Shown here: positions 1-11,400 of the stretch, in pieces
Layout of the letters: the number at the start of each line of letters is the position of its first letter
How positions within the stretch are numbered: position 1 is the first letter of the stretch
Assembly: GCA_000004985.1 (NCBI GenBank)
Contig: GG738941.1
DNA from: Naegleria gruberi
Lineage: Eukaryota
Strand: one strand, 5' to 3'
Length of the DNA stretch: 45,328 nucleotides
Made by a program: the position numbers and the translations under genes
The notes under the pieces: generated by a model
Told to the model about the DNA's origin: nothing
Database searches by the model: none
The model's input: only the letters and a program-made list of their open reading frames with translations

Positions 1-424
1 TCAAACCCAAACCCAAACCCAAACCCAAACCCAAACCCAAACCCAAACCCAAACCCAAGCCCAAACCCAAACCCAAACCCAAACCCAAACCCAAACCCAA
101 ACCCAAACCCAAACCCAAACCCAAACCCAAACCCAAACCCAAACCCAAACCCAAACCCAAACCCAAACCCAAACCCAAACCCAAACCCAAACCCAAACCC
201 AAACCCAAACCCAAACCCAAACCCAAACCCAAACCCAAACCCAAACCCAAACCCAAACCCAAACCCAAACCCAAACCAAAACCCAAACCAAAACCCAAAC
301 CAAAACCCAAACCCAAACCCAAACCAAAACCCAAACCAAAACCCAAACCAAAACCCAAAACCCAAACCAAAACCAACACCCAAACCCAAACCCAAACCCA
401 AACCCAAACCCAAACCCAAACCCA
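1..424. repeat. Telomere-type hexamer array: (CCCAAA)n on + strand = (TTTGGG)n on - strand, ~70 units
   Basis: Near-perfect CCCAAA hexamers from base 1. The inner ~150 bp (about 270-400) degenerates into CCAAAA, CCCAAG and CCAACA variants before ending in unique sequence (cccacgactaagg). C-rich strand 5'->3' on + at the left edge fits a left chromosome end. Confidence 0.9.
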
Positions 425-1099
425 CGACTAAGGTCAGACCCAACATTTTTACTTTTATTCATCTTAATTAATTATCTCAATAAATACTCATTATAAATCA
501 ATATATTATATATCAATATACTCCAAATTTAATATATAATCATATAATAACATAATATTACATCATTATAATGACTTATATAAGTTAATTTCATATAATA
601 GATTAGACAATTAGAATATCAATGAAAACATTTCAAAATCATTTTAAATCAATATATCACCTTATAAATCATATTAGTAACAATATATATCAATTTCAAA
701 TACTTTGGTATCATTTCAGGATATTTACTATTCAACTTGTCAACTGACCTATTCTAACATTGAAGATAGAAATCTATACCACTTCAATTCACTTCCAATA
801 CCTCTACACATGATAATTAAATACATTAATATCATTTTGACATTCATCCATATCATACATGGTACATGGCTGATCCACTTGATACCTACAGGGATGTGAC
901 AATGACATCTACTATACAGATCATTATAAAATTGATACAGTACCTTACTAATGGTGAATAAACACTACTGTATCAGTTTCATGACAATTTGATATCATTC
1001 AACATGTCAGGAGTGTAATCATGGGAATAATGAATATCAAGATAATCAAATCATATTAATTTTAANATATTTCAATTATAGCATTATATATAGATCAAT

Positions 1100-4000
1100 N
1101 NNNNNNNNNNNNNNNNNNNNNNNNNNNNNNNNNNNNNNNNNNNNNNNNNNNNNNNNNNNNNNNNNNNNNNNNNNNNNNNNNNNNNNNNNNNNNNNNNNNN
1201 NNNNNNNNNNNNNNNNNNNNNNNNNNNNNNNNNNNNNNNNNNNNNNNNNNNNNNNNNNNNNNNNNNNNNNNNNNNNNNNNNNNNNNNNNNNNNNNNNNNN
1301 NNNNNNNNNNNNNNNNNNNNNNNNNNNNNNNNNNNNNNNNNNNNNNNNNNNNNNNNNNNNNNNNNNNNNNNNNNNNNNNNNNNNNNNNNNNNNNNNNNNN
1401 NNNNNNNNNNNNNNNNNNNNNNNNNNNNNNNNNNNNNNNNNNNNNNNNNNNNNNNNNNNNNNNNNNNNNNNNNNNNNNNNNNNNNNNNNNNNNNNNNNNN
1501 NNNNNNNNNNNNNNNNNNNNNNNNNNNNNNNNNNNNNNNNNNNNNNNNNNNNNNNNNNNNNNNNNNNNNNNNNNNNNNNNNNNNNNNNNNNNNNNNNNNN
1601 NNNNNNNNNNNNNNNNNNNNNNNNNNNNNNNNNNNNNNNNNNNNNNNNNNNNNNNNNNNNNNNNNNNNNNNNNNNNNNNNNNNNNNNNNNNNNNNNNNNN
1701 NNNNNNNNNNNNNNNNNNNNNNNNNNNNNNNNNNNNNNNNNNNNNNNNNNNNNNNNNNNNNNNNNNNNNNNNNNNNNNNNNNNNNNNNNNNNNNNNNNNN
1801 NNNNNNNNNNNNNNNNNNNNNNNNNNNNNNNNNNNNNNNNNNNNNNNNNNNNNNNNNNNNNNNNNNNNNNNNNNNNNNNNNNNNNNNNNNNNNNNNNNNN
1901 NNNNNNNNNNNNNNNNNNNNNNNNNNNNNNNNNNNNNNNNNNNNNNNNNNNNNNNNNNNNNNNNNNNNNNNNNNNNNNNNNNNNNNNNNNNNNNNNNNNN
2001 NNNNNNNNNNNNNNNNNNNNNNNNNNNNNNNNNNNNNNNNNNNNNNNNNNNNNNNNNNNNNNNNNNNNNNNNNNNNNNNNNNNNNNNNNNNNNNNNNNNN
2101 NNNNNNNNNNNNNNNNNNNNNNNNNNNNNNNNNNNNNNNNNNNNNNNNNNNNNNNNNNNNNNNNNNNNNNNNNNNNNNNNNNNNNNNNNNNNNNNNNNNN
2201 NNNNNNNNNNNNNNNNNNNNNNNNNNNNNNNNNNNNNNNNNNNNNNNNNNNNNNNNNNNNNNNNNNNNNNNNNNNNNNNNNNNNNNNNNNNNNNNNNNNN
2301 NNNNNNNNNNNNNNNNNNNNNNNNNNNNNNNNNNNNNNNNNNNNNNNNNNNNNNNNNNNNNNNNNNNNNNNNNNNNNNNNNNNNNNNNNNNNNNNNNNNN
2401 NNNNNNNNNNNNNNNNNNNNNNNNNNNNNNNNNNNNNNNNNNNNNNNNNNNNNNNNNNNNNNNNNNNNNNNNNNNNNNNNNNNNNNNNNNNNNNNNNNNN
2501 NNNNNNNNNNNNNNNNNNNNNNNNNNNNNNNNNNNNNNNNNNNNNNNNNNNNNNNNNNNNNNNNNNNNNNNNNNNNNNNNNNNNNNNNNNNNNNNNNNNN
2601 NNNNNNNNNNNNNNNNNNNNNNNNNNNNNNNNNNNNNNNNNNNNNNNNNNNNNNNNNNNNNNNNNNNNNNNNNNNNNNNNNNNNNNNNNNNNNNNNNNNN
2701 NNNNNNNNNNNNNNNNNNNNNNNNNNNNNNNNNNNNNNNNNNNNNNNNNNNNNNNNNNNNNNNNNNNNNNNNNNNNNNNNNNNNNNNNNNNNNNNNNNNN
2801 NNNNNNNNNNNNNNNNNNNNNNNNNNNNNNNNNNNNNNNNNNNNNNNNNNNNNNNNNNNNNNNNNNNNNNNNNNNNNNNNNNNNNNNNNNNNNNNNNNNN
2901 NNNNNNNNNNNNNNNNNNNNNNNNNNNNNNNNNNNNNNNNNNNNNNNNNNNNNNNNNNNNNNNNNNNNNNNNNNNNNNNNNNNNNNNNNNNNNNNNNNNN
3001 NNNNNNNNNNNNNNNNNNNNNNNNNNNNNNNNNNNNNNNNNNNNNNNNNNNNNNNNNNNNNNNNNNNNNNNNNNNNNNNNNNNNNNNNNNNNNNNNNNNN
3101 NNNNNNNNNNNNNNNNNNNNNNNNNNNNNNNNNNNNNNNNNNNNNNNNNNNNNNNNNNNNNNNNNNNNNNNNNNNNNNNNNNNNNNNNNNNNNNNNNNNN
3201 NNNNNNNNNNNNNNNNNNNNNNNNNNNNNNNNNNNNNNNNNNNNNNNNNNNNNNNNNNNNNNNNNNNNNNNNNNNNNNNNNNNNNNNNNNNNNNNNNNNN
3301 NNNNNNNNNNNNNNNNNNNNNNNNNNNNNNNNNNNNNNNNNNNNNNNNNNNNNNNNNNNNNNNNNNNNNNNNNNNNNNNNNNNNNNNNNNNNNNNNNNNN
3401 NNNNNNNNNNNNNNNNNNNNNNNNNNNNNNNNNNNNNNNNNNNNNNNNNNNNNNNNNNNNNNNNNNNNNNNNNNNNNNNNNNNNNNNNNNNNNNNNNNNN
3501 NNNNNNNNNNNNNNNNNNNNNNNNNNNNNNNNNNNNNNNNNNNNNNNNNNNNNNNNNNNNNNNNNNNNNNNNNNNNNNNNNNNNNNNNNNNNNNNNNNNN
3601 NNNNNNNNNNNNNNNNNNNNNNNNNNNNNNNNNNNNNNNNNNNNNNNNNNNNNNNNNNNNNNNNNNNNNNNNNNNNNNNNNNNNNNNNNNNNNNNNNNNN
3701 NNNNNNNNNNNNNNNNNNNNNNNNNNNNNNNNNNNNNNNNNNNNNNNNNNNNNNNNNNNNNNNNNNNNNNNNNNNNNNNNNNNNNNNNNNNNNNNNNNNN
3801 NNNNNNNNNNNNNNNNNNNNNNNNNNNNNNNNNNNNNNNNNNNNNNNNNNNNNNNNNNNNNNNNNNNNNNNNNNNNNNNNNNNNNNNNNNNNNNNNNNNN
3901 NNNNNNNNNNNNNNNNNNNNNNNNNNNNNNNNNNNNNNNNNNNNNNNNNNNNNNNNNNNNNNNNNNNNNNNNNNNNNNNNNNNNNNNNNNNNNNNNNNNN

Positions 4001-6455
4001 NNNNNNNNNNNNNNNNNNNNNNNNNNNNNNNNNNNNNNNNNNNNNNNNNNNNNNNNNNNNNNNNNNNNNNNNNNNNNNNNNNNNNNNNNNNNNNNNNNNN
4101 NNNNNNNNNNNNNNNNNNNNNNNNNNNNNNNNNNNNNNNNNNNNNNNNNNNNNNNNNNNNNNNNNNNNNNNNNNNNNNNNNNNNNNNNNNNNNNNNNNNN
4201 NNNNNNNNNNNNNNNNNNNNNNNNNNNNNNNNNNNNNNNNNNNNNNNNNNNNNNNNNNNNNNNNNNNNNNNNNNNNNNNNNNNNNNNNNNNNNNNNNNNN
4301 NNNNNNNNNNNNNNNNNNNNNNNNNNNNNNNNNNNNNNNNNNNNNNNNNNNNNNNNNNNNNNNNNNNNNNNNNNNNNNNNNNNNNNNNNNNNNNNNNNNN
4401 NNNNNNNNNNNNNNNNNNNNNNNNNNNNNNNNNNNNNNNNNNNNNNNNNNNNNNNNNNNNNNNNNNNNNNNNNNNNNNNNNNNNNNNNNNNNNNNNNNNN
4501 NNNNNNNNNNNNNNNNNNNNNNNNNNNNNNNNNNNNNNNNNNNNNNNNNNNNNNNNNNNNNNNNNNNNNNNNNNNNNNNNNNNNNNNNNNNNNNNNNNNN
4601 NNNNNNNNNNNNNNNNNNNNNNNNNNNNNNNNNNNNNNNNNNNNNNNNNNNNNNNNNNNNNNNNNNNNNNNNNNNNNNNNNNNNNNNNNNNNNNNNNNNN
4701 NNNNNNNNNNNNNNNNNNNNNNNNNNNNNNNNNNNNNNNNNNNNNNNNNNNNNNNNNNNNNNNNNNNNNNNNNNNNNNNNNNNNNNNNNNNNNNNNNNNN
4801 NNNNNNNNNNNNNNNNNNNNNNNNNNNNNNNNNNNNNNNNNNNNNNNNNNNNNNNNNNNNNNNNNNNNNNNNNNNNNNNNNNNNNNNNNNNNNNNNNNNN
4901 NNNNNNNNNNNNNNNNNNNNNNNNNNNNNNNNNNNNNNNNNNNNNNNNNNNNNNNNNNNNNNNNNNNNNNNNNNNNNNNNNNNNNNNNNNNNNNNNNNNN
5001 NNNNNNNNNNNNNNNNNNNNNNNNNNNNNNNNNNNNNNNNNNNNNNNNNNNNNNNNNNNNNNNNNNNNNNNNNNNNNNNNNNNNNNNNNNNNNNNNNNNN
5101 NNNNNNNNNNNNNNNNNNNNNNNNNNNNNNNNNNNNNNNNNNNNNNNNNNNNNNNNNNNNNNNNNNNNNNNNNNNNNNNNNNNNNNNNNNNNNNNNNNNN
5201 NNNNNNNNNNNNNNNNNNNNNNNNNNNNNNNNNNNNNNNNNNNNNNNNNNNNNNNNNNNNNNNNNNNNNNNNNNNNNNNNNNNNNNNNNNNNNNNNNNNN
5301 NNNNNNNNNNNNNNNNNNNNNNNNNNNNNNNNNNNNNNNNNNNNNNNNNNNNNNNNNNNNNNNNNNNNNNNNNNNNNNNNNNNNNNNNNNNNNNNNNNNN
5401 NNNNNNNNNNNNNNNNNNNNNNNNNNNNNNNNNNNNNNNNNNNNNNNNNNNNNNNNNNNNNNNNNNNNNNNNNNNNNNNNNNNNNNNNNNNNNNNNNNNN
5501 NNNNNNNNNNNNNNNNNNNNNNNNNNNNNNNNNNNNNNNNNNNNNNNNNNNNNNNNNNNNNNNNNNNNNNNNNNNNNNNNNNNNNNNNNNNNNNNNNNNN
5601 NNNNNNNNNNNNNNNNNNNNNNNNNNNNNNNNNNNNNNNNNNNNNNNNNNNNNNNNNNNNNNNNNNNNNNNNNNNNNNNNNNNNNNNNNNNNNNNNNNNN
5701 NNNNNNNNNNNNNNNNNNNNNNNNNNNNNNNNNNNNNNNNNNNNNNNNNNNNNNNNNNNNNNNNNNNNNNNNNNNNNNNNNNNNNNNNNNNNNNNNNNNN
5801 NNNNNNNNNNNNNNNNNNNNNNNNNNNNNNNNNNNNNNNNNNNNNNNNNNNNNNNNNNNNNNNNNNNNNNNNNNNNNNNNNNNNNNNNNNNNNNNNNNNN
5901 NNNNNNNNNNNNNNNNNNNNNNNNNNNNNNNNNNNNNNNNNNNNNNNNNNNNNNNNNNNNNNNNNNNNNNNNNNNNNNNNNNNNNNNNNNNNNNNNNNNN
6001 NNNNNNNNNNNNNNNNNNNNNNNNNNNNNNNNNNNNNNNNNNNNNNNNNNNNNNNNNNNNNNNNNNNNNNNNNNNNNNNNNNNNNNNNNNNNNNNNNNNN
6101 NNNNNNNNNNNNNNNNNNNNNNNNNNNNNNNNNNNNNNNNNNNNNNNNNNNNNNNNNNNNNNNNNNNNNNNNNNNNNNNNNNNNNNNNNNNNNNNNNNNN
6201 NNNNNNNNNNNNNNNNNNNNNNNNNNNNNNNNNNNNNNNNNNNNNNNNNNNNNNNNNNNNNNNNNNNNNNNNNNNNNNNNNNNNNNNNNNNNNNNNNNNN
6301 NNNNNNNNNNNNNNNNNNNNNNNNNNNNNNNNNNNNNNNNNNNNNNNNNNNNNNNNNNNNNNNNNNNNNNNNNNNNNNNNNNNNNNNNNNNNNNNNNNNN
6401 NNNNNNNNNNNNNNNNNNNNNNNNNNNNNNNNNNNNNNNNNNNNNNNNNNNNNNN
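1100..6455. other. Assembly gap (5356 N)
   Basis: Uninterrupted run of n. The ORF-track entries 1076..6487 and 1095..6461 are poly-X artefacts of this gap. Confidence 1.
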
Positions 6456-7466
6456 AGCCACTCCAAGCTCATTTGAAACAGTTTCAAAAAGTTTTTACAT
6501 CGGGTTGGATAACAACCATTGTTTTAAAGATTACAGTTGTGAAAAATCGACCAATCTCAATCATTTTTGAGAATTTAAGTATACTGTAAAGGACTGGTAC
6601 CATTTCCATCGAGTTTTGAACATTTTCCATCTACTTGAAAAAATTCCTTACTAATTGTGAAATATTCAAAGTTCAGTAAGAAAGTTTAATTGTGAAAATG
6701 TTGGCTCTTTGCCAGAATACCAGTTAAAATTGTATTCCGATTGAATTTTACGTAAGCACACCGGGTTTGAGCCACACCAAGCTCATTTAAGAAAGTTTAA
6801 TTTAATTTTACAACGGGTTTGAGCCAGTCCATGGAGTTGTTAGTAAAGAGTGGTTGGATGAAATCACTGTTTCAAAGATAATAGTTGTGAAAAATCGACC
6901 AGTCTCAATCATTATTAAGAATTTGAGTATAGTTCAATGGAATTATACCATCTATAGCCAGTTTTGAACATTTTCCATCTCTTTGTAAAAATTCCTTAAT
7001 AATTAGGATGAAGGAAAAGTTCACTAAGAAAAGACAATGATAATTTGTTGAACAGTATTGTACAATCCCCACCTAAAGGTTGAATAAGTCACTCTTTTGA
7101 GAAGAAGCAACGGGTTTGAGCAACTCCAAGCTCATTTGAAACATTTAATAGTAGTTGTTACATCGGGTTGGATGACAACCACTGTTTTAAAGATTACAGT
7201 TGTGAAAAATCGACCAATCTCAATCATTTTTGAGAATTTAAGTACACTTTAAAGGACTGCCACCATTTCCATCGATTTTGGAACATTTTCCATCTACTTG
7301 AAACAATTCCTTAATAATTGTGAAGTAAGAAAAGTTCAGTAAGAAAAAATAAATTTCAGTTTGTTGTATAGTTAATACATTCTCATTCAAAAGGTTGGAT
7401 AAGTCTCTTTTTGAAAAGAAGCAACGGGTTTGAGCCACTCCACGTTCATTGAAACAATTCAAACAG
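6456..7466. repeat. Subtelomeric tandem satellite, unit ~300-315 bp, ~3.2 copies, bounded by gaps on both sides
   Basis: The unit-start motif 'gggtttgagcc[a/g][c/g]tccaagctcatttgaaaca' recurs at about 6448 (inside the gap), 6763, 6815 (a 52-bp partial duplicate), 7112 and 7426. The unit body 'gttgtgaaaaatcgaccaatctcaatcatttttgagaatttaagtat...ccatttccatcga...gaacattttccatctacttgaaa' is conserved. Copies 1 and 3 are ~90% identical; copy 2 is more diverged. Confidence 0.85.
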
Positions 7467-7516
7467 NNNNNNNNNNNNNNNNNNNNNNNNNNNNNNNNNN
7501 NNNNNNNNNNNNNNNN
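7467..7516. other. Assembly gap (50 N, typical scaffolder spacer)
   Basis: Exactly 50 n between the satellite and the second CCCAAA array. Confidence 1.
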
Positions 7517-7899
7517 CCCAAACCCAAACCCAAACCCAAACCCAAACCCAAACCCAAACCCAAACCCAAACCCAAACCCAAACCCAAACCCAAACCCAAA
7601 CCCAAACCCAAACCCAAACCCAAACCCAAACCCAAACCCAAACCCAAACCCAAACCCAAACCCAAACCCAAACCCAAACCCAAACCCAAACCCAAACCCA
7701 AACCCAAACCCAAACCCAAACCCAAACCCAAACCCAAACCCAAACCCAAACCCAACCCAAACCCAAACCCAAACCCAAACCCAAACCCAAACCCAAACCC
7801 AAACCCAAACCCAAACCCAAACCCAAACCCAAACCCAAACCCAAACCCAAACCCAAACCCAAACCCAAACCCAAACCCAAACCCAACCCAACCCAACCC
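7517..7899. repeat. Second telomere-type (CCCAAA)n array, ~63 units, same orientation as array 1
   Basis: Almost perfectly homogeneous CCCAAA. There is one CCCAA variant near 7755, and the inner end degenerates to cccaacccaacccaaccc before unique sequence. The array abuts the gap on its 5' side. Confidence 0.9.
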
Positions 7900-8433
7900 G
7901 TAACTTTACCATATACCTTTAATCACTCTATTATACATCTGGTATCAATTTCATACAGTTAGAATTGAATTCAGTATGATAATAATAACAATCTTTCAAA
8001 ATGACATATTTCAATAAAAAGATTACACTCCATCTCAGTCAGTTTACAAAATATCATACTAGTATCAAATATGAATAGACTCCTCTTGATGAGGAGTACA
8101 ATCTGAGAAAGTTTCAAATTCATGGCTCAGTATCTTCAAGTCAACTAAGTAACCTTAGAATAGACAAGTCAATTAAGTACATCAATTCAACAATTGAAAA
8201 TTGAAATATAGTATATTTATTACAAATTAATAGGACTCTTCTAAATAACTATATCGTTTAAATTAATATTTGTAAAGTTGTCAACACATCATGTCACAGA
8301 TCATACTCTTTCTCAATGAATAGTTGACTAAATCAATTTAAAATGACATATAGTTGTTTATACATAGTATTGTATATGTGGTATCAATATCTTTTAAAAT
8401 TGTCAAGTATTAAGGAAGATCTAAAAAAATAAG

Positions 8434-11400
8434 NNNNNNNNNNNNNNNNNNNNNNNNNNNNNNNNNNNNNNNNNNNNNNNNNNNNNNNNNNNNNNNNNNN
8501 NNNNNNNNNNNNNNNNNNNNNNNNNNNNNNNNNNNNNNNNNNNNNNNNNNNNNNNNNNNNNNNNNNNNNNNNNNNNNNNNNNNNNNNNNNNNNNNNNNNN
8601 NNNNNNNNNNNNNNNNNNNNNNNNNNNNNNNNNNNNNNNNNNNNNNNNNNNNNNNNNNNNNNNNNNNNNNNNNNNNNNNNNNNNNNNNNNNNNNNNNNNN
8701 NNNNNNNNNNNNNNNNNNNNNNNNNNNNNNNNNNNNNNNNNNNNNNNNNNNNNNNNNNNNNNNNNNNNNNNNNNNNNNNNNNNNNNNNNNNNNNNNNNNN
8801 NNNNNNNNNNNNNNNNNNNNNNNNNNNNNNNNNNNNNNNNNNNNNNNNNNNNNNNNNNNNNNNNNNNNNNNNNNNNNNNNNNNNNNNNNNNNNNNNNNNN
8901 NNNNNNNNNNNNNNNNNNNNNNNNNNNNNNNNNNNNNNNNNNNNNNNNNNNNNNNNNNNNNNNNNNNNNNNNNNNNNNNNNNNNNNNNNNNNNNNNNNNN
9001 NNNNNNNNNNNNNNNNNNNNNNNNNNNNNNNNNNNNNNNNNNNNNNNNNNNNNNNNNNNNNNNNNNNNNNNNNNNNNNNNNNNNNNNNNNNNNNNNNNNN
9101 NNNNNNNNNNNNNNNNNNNNNNNNNNNNNNNNNNNNNNNNNNNNNNNNNNNNNNNNNNNNNNNNNNNNNNNNNNNNNNNNNNNNNNNNNNNNNNNNNNNN
9201 NNNNNNNNNNNNNNNNNNNNNNNNNNNNNNNNNNNNNNNNNNNNNNNNNNNNNNNNNNNNNNNNNNNNNNNNNNNNNNNNNNNNNNNNNNNNNNNNNNNN
9301 NNNNNNNNNNNNNNNNNNNNNNNNNNNNNNNNNNNNNNNNNNNNNNNNNNNNNNNNNNNNNNNNNNNNNNNNNNNNNNNNNNNNNNNNNNNNNNNNNNNN
9401 NNNNNNNNNNNNNNNNNNNNNNNNNNNNNNNNNNNNNNNNNNNNNNNNNNNNNNNNNNNNNNNNNNNNNNNNNNNNNNNNNNNNNNNNNNNNNNNNNNNN
9501 NNNNNNNNNNNNNNNNNNNNNNNNNNNNNNNNNNNNNNNNNNNNNNNNNNNNNNNNNNNNNNNNNNNNNNNNNNNNNNNNNNNNNNNNNNNNNNNNNNNN
9601 NNNNNNNNNNNNNNNNNNNNNNNNNNNNNNNNNNNNNNNNNNNNNNNNNNNNNNNNNNNNNNNNNNNNNNNNNNNNNNNNNNNNNNNNNNNNNNNNNNNN
9701 NNNNNNNNNNNNNNNNNNNNNNNNNNNNNNNNNNNNNNNNNNNNNNNNNNNNNNNNNNNNNNNNNNNNNNNNNNNNNNNNNNNNNNNNNNNNNNNNNNNN
9801 NNNNNNNNNNNNNNNNNNNNNNNNNNNNNNNNNNNNNNNNNNNNNNNNNNNNNNNNNNNNNNNNNNNNNNNNNNNNNNNNNNNNNNNNNNNNNNNNNNNN
9901 NNNNNNNNNNNNNNNNNNNNNNNNNNNNNNNNNNNNNNNNNNNNNNNNNNNNNNNNNNNNNNNNNNNNNNNNNNNNNNNNNNNNNNNNNNNNNNNNNNNN
10001 NNNNNNNNNNNNNNNNNNNNNNNNNNNNNNNNNNNNNNNNNNNNNNNNNNNNNNNNNNNNNNNNNNNNNNNNNNNNNNNNNNNNNNNNNNNNNNNNNNNN
10101 NNNNNNNNNNNNNNNNNNNNNNNNNNNNNNNNNNNNNNNNNNNNNNNNNNNNNNNNNNNNNNNNNNNNNNNNNNNNNNNNNNNNNNNNNNNNNNNNNNNN
10201 NNNNNNNNNNNNNNNNNNNNNNNNNNNNNNNNNNNNNNNNNNNNNNNNNNNNNNNNNNNNNNNNNNNNNNNNNNNNNNNNNNNNNNNNNNNNNNNNNNNN
10301 NNNNNNNNNNNNNNNNNNNNNNNNNNNNNNNNNNNNNNNNNNNNNNNNNNNNNNNNNNNNNNNNNNNNNNNNNNNNNNNNNNNNNNNNNNNNNNNNNNNN
10401 NNNNNNNNNNNNNNNNNNNNNNNNNNNNNNNNNNNNNNNNNNNNNNNNNNNNNNNNNNNNNNNNNNNNNNNNNNNNNNNNNNNNNNNNNNNNNNNNNNNN
10501 NNNNNNNNNNNNNNNNNNNNNNNNNNNNNNNNNNNNNNNNNNNNNNNNNNNNNNNNNNNNNNNNNNNNNNNNNNNNNNNNNNNNNNNNNNNNNNNNNNNN
10601 NNNNNNNNNNNNNNNNNNNNNNNNNNNNNNNNNNNNNNNNNNNNNNNNNNNNNNNNNNNNNNNNNNNNNNNNNNNNNNNNNNNNNNNNNNNNNNNNNNNN
10701 NNNNNNNNNNNNNNNNNNNNNNNNNNNNNNNNNNNNNNNNNNNNNNNNNNNNNNNNNNNNNNNNNNNNNNNNNNNNNNNNNNNNNNNNNNNNNNNNNNNN
10801 NNNNNNNNNNNNNNNNNNNNNNNNNNNNNNNNNNNNNNNNNNNNNNNNNNNNNNNNNNNNNNNNNNNNNNNNNNNNNNNNNNNNNNNNNNNNNNNNNNNN
10901 NNNNNNNNNNNNNNNNNNNNNNNNNNNNNNNNNNNNNNNNNNNNNNNNNNNNNNNNNNNNNNNNNNNNNNNNNNNNNNNNNNNNNNNNNNNNNNNNNNNN
11001 NNNNNNNNNNNNNNNNNNNNNNNNNNNNNNNNNNNNNNNNNNNNNNNNNNNNNNNNNNNNNNNNNNNNNNNNNNNNNNNNNNNNNNNNNNNNNNNNNNNN
11101 NNNNNNNNNNNNNNNNNNNNNNNNNNNNNNNNNNNNNNNNNNNNNNNNNNNNNNNNNNNNNNNNNNNNNNNNNNNNNNNNNNNNNNNNNNNNNNNNNNNN
11201 NNNNNNNNNNNNNNNNNNNNNNNNNNNNNNNNNNNNNNNNNNNNNNNNNNNNNNNNNNNNNNNNNNNNNNNNNNNNNNNNNNNNNNNNNNNNNNNNNNNN
11301 NNNNNNNNNNNNNNNNNNNNNNNNNNNNNNNNNNNNNNNNNNNNNNNNNNNNNNNNNNNNNNNNNNNNNNNNNNNNNNNNNNNNNNNNNNNNNNNNNNNN

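Noticed and set aside
1-462. Minus-strand ORF 1..462 and the four ORFs at 7238-7922 encoding GF/WV/PK/PN/TQ dipeptide repeats
   Set aside because: These are translations of the (CCCAAA)n arrays in different frames, not coding sequence.
705-899. 64-aa ORF in the subtelomeric unique sequence
   Set aside because: It sits in extremely AT-rich, strand-skewed, low-complexity DNA. It has no start context or domain-like features.
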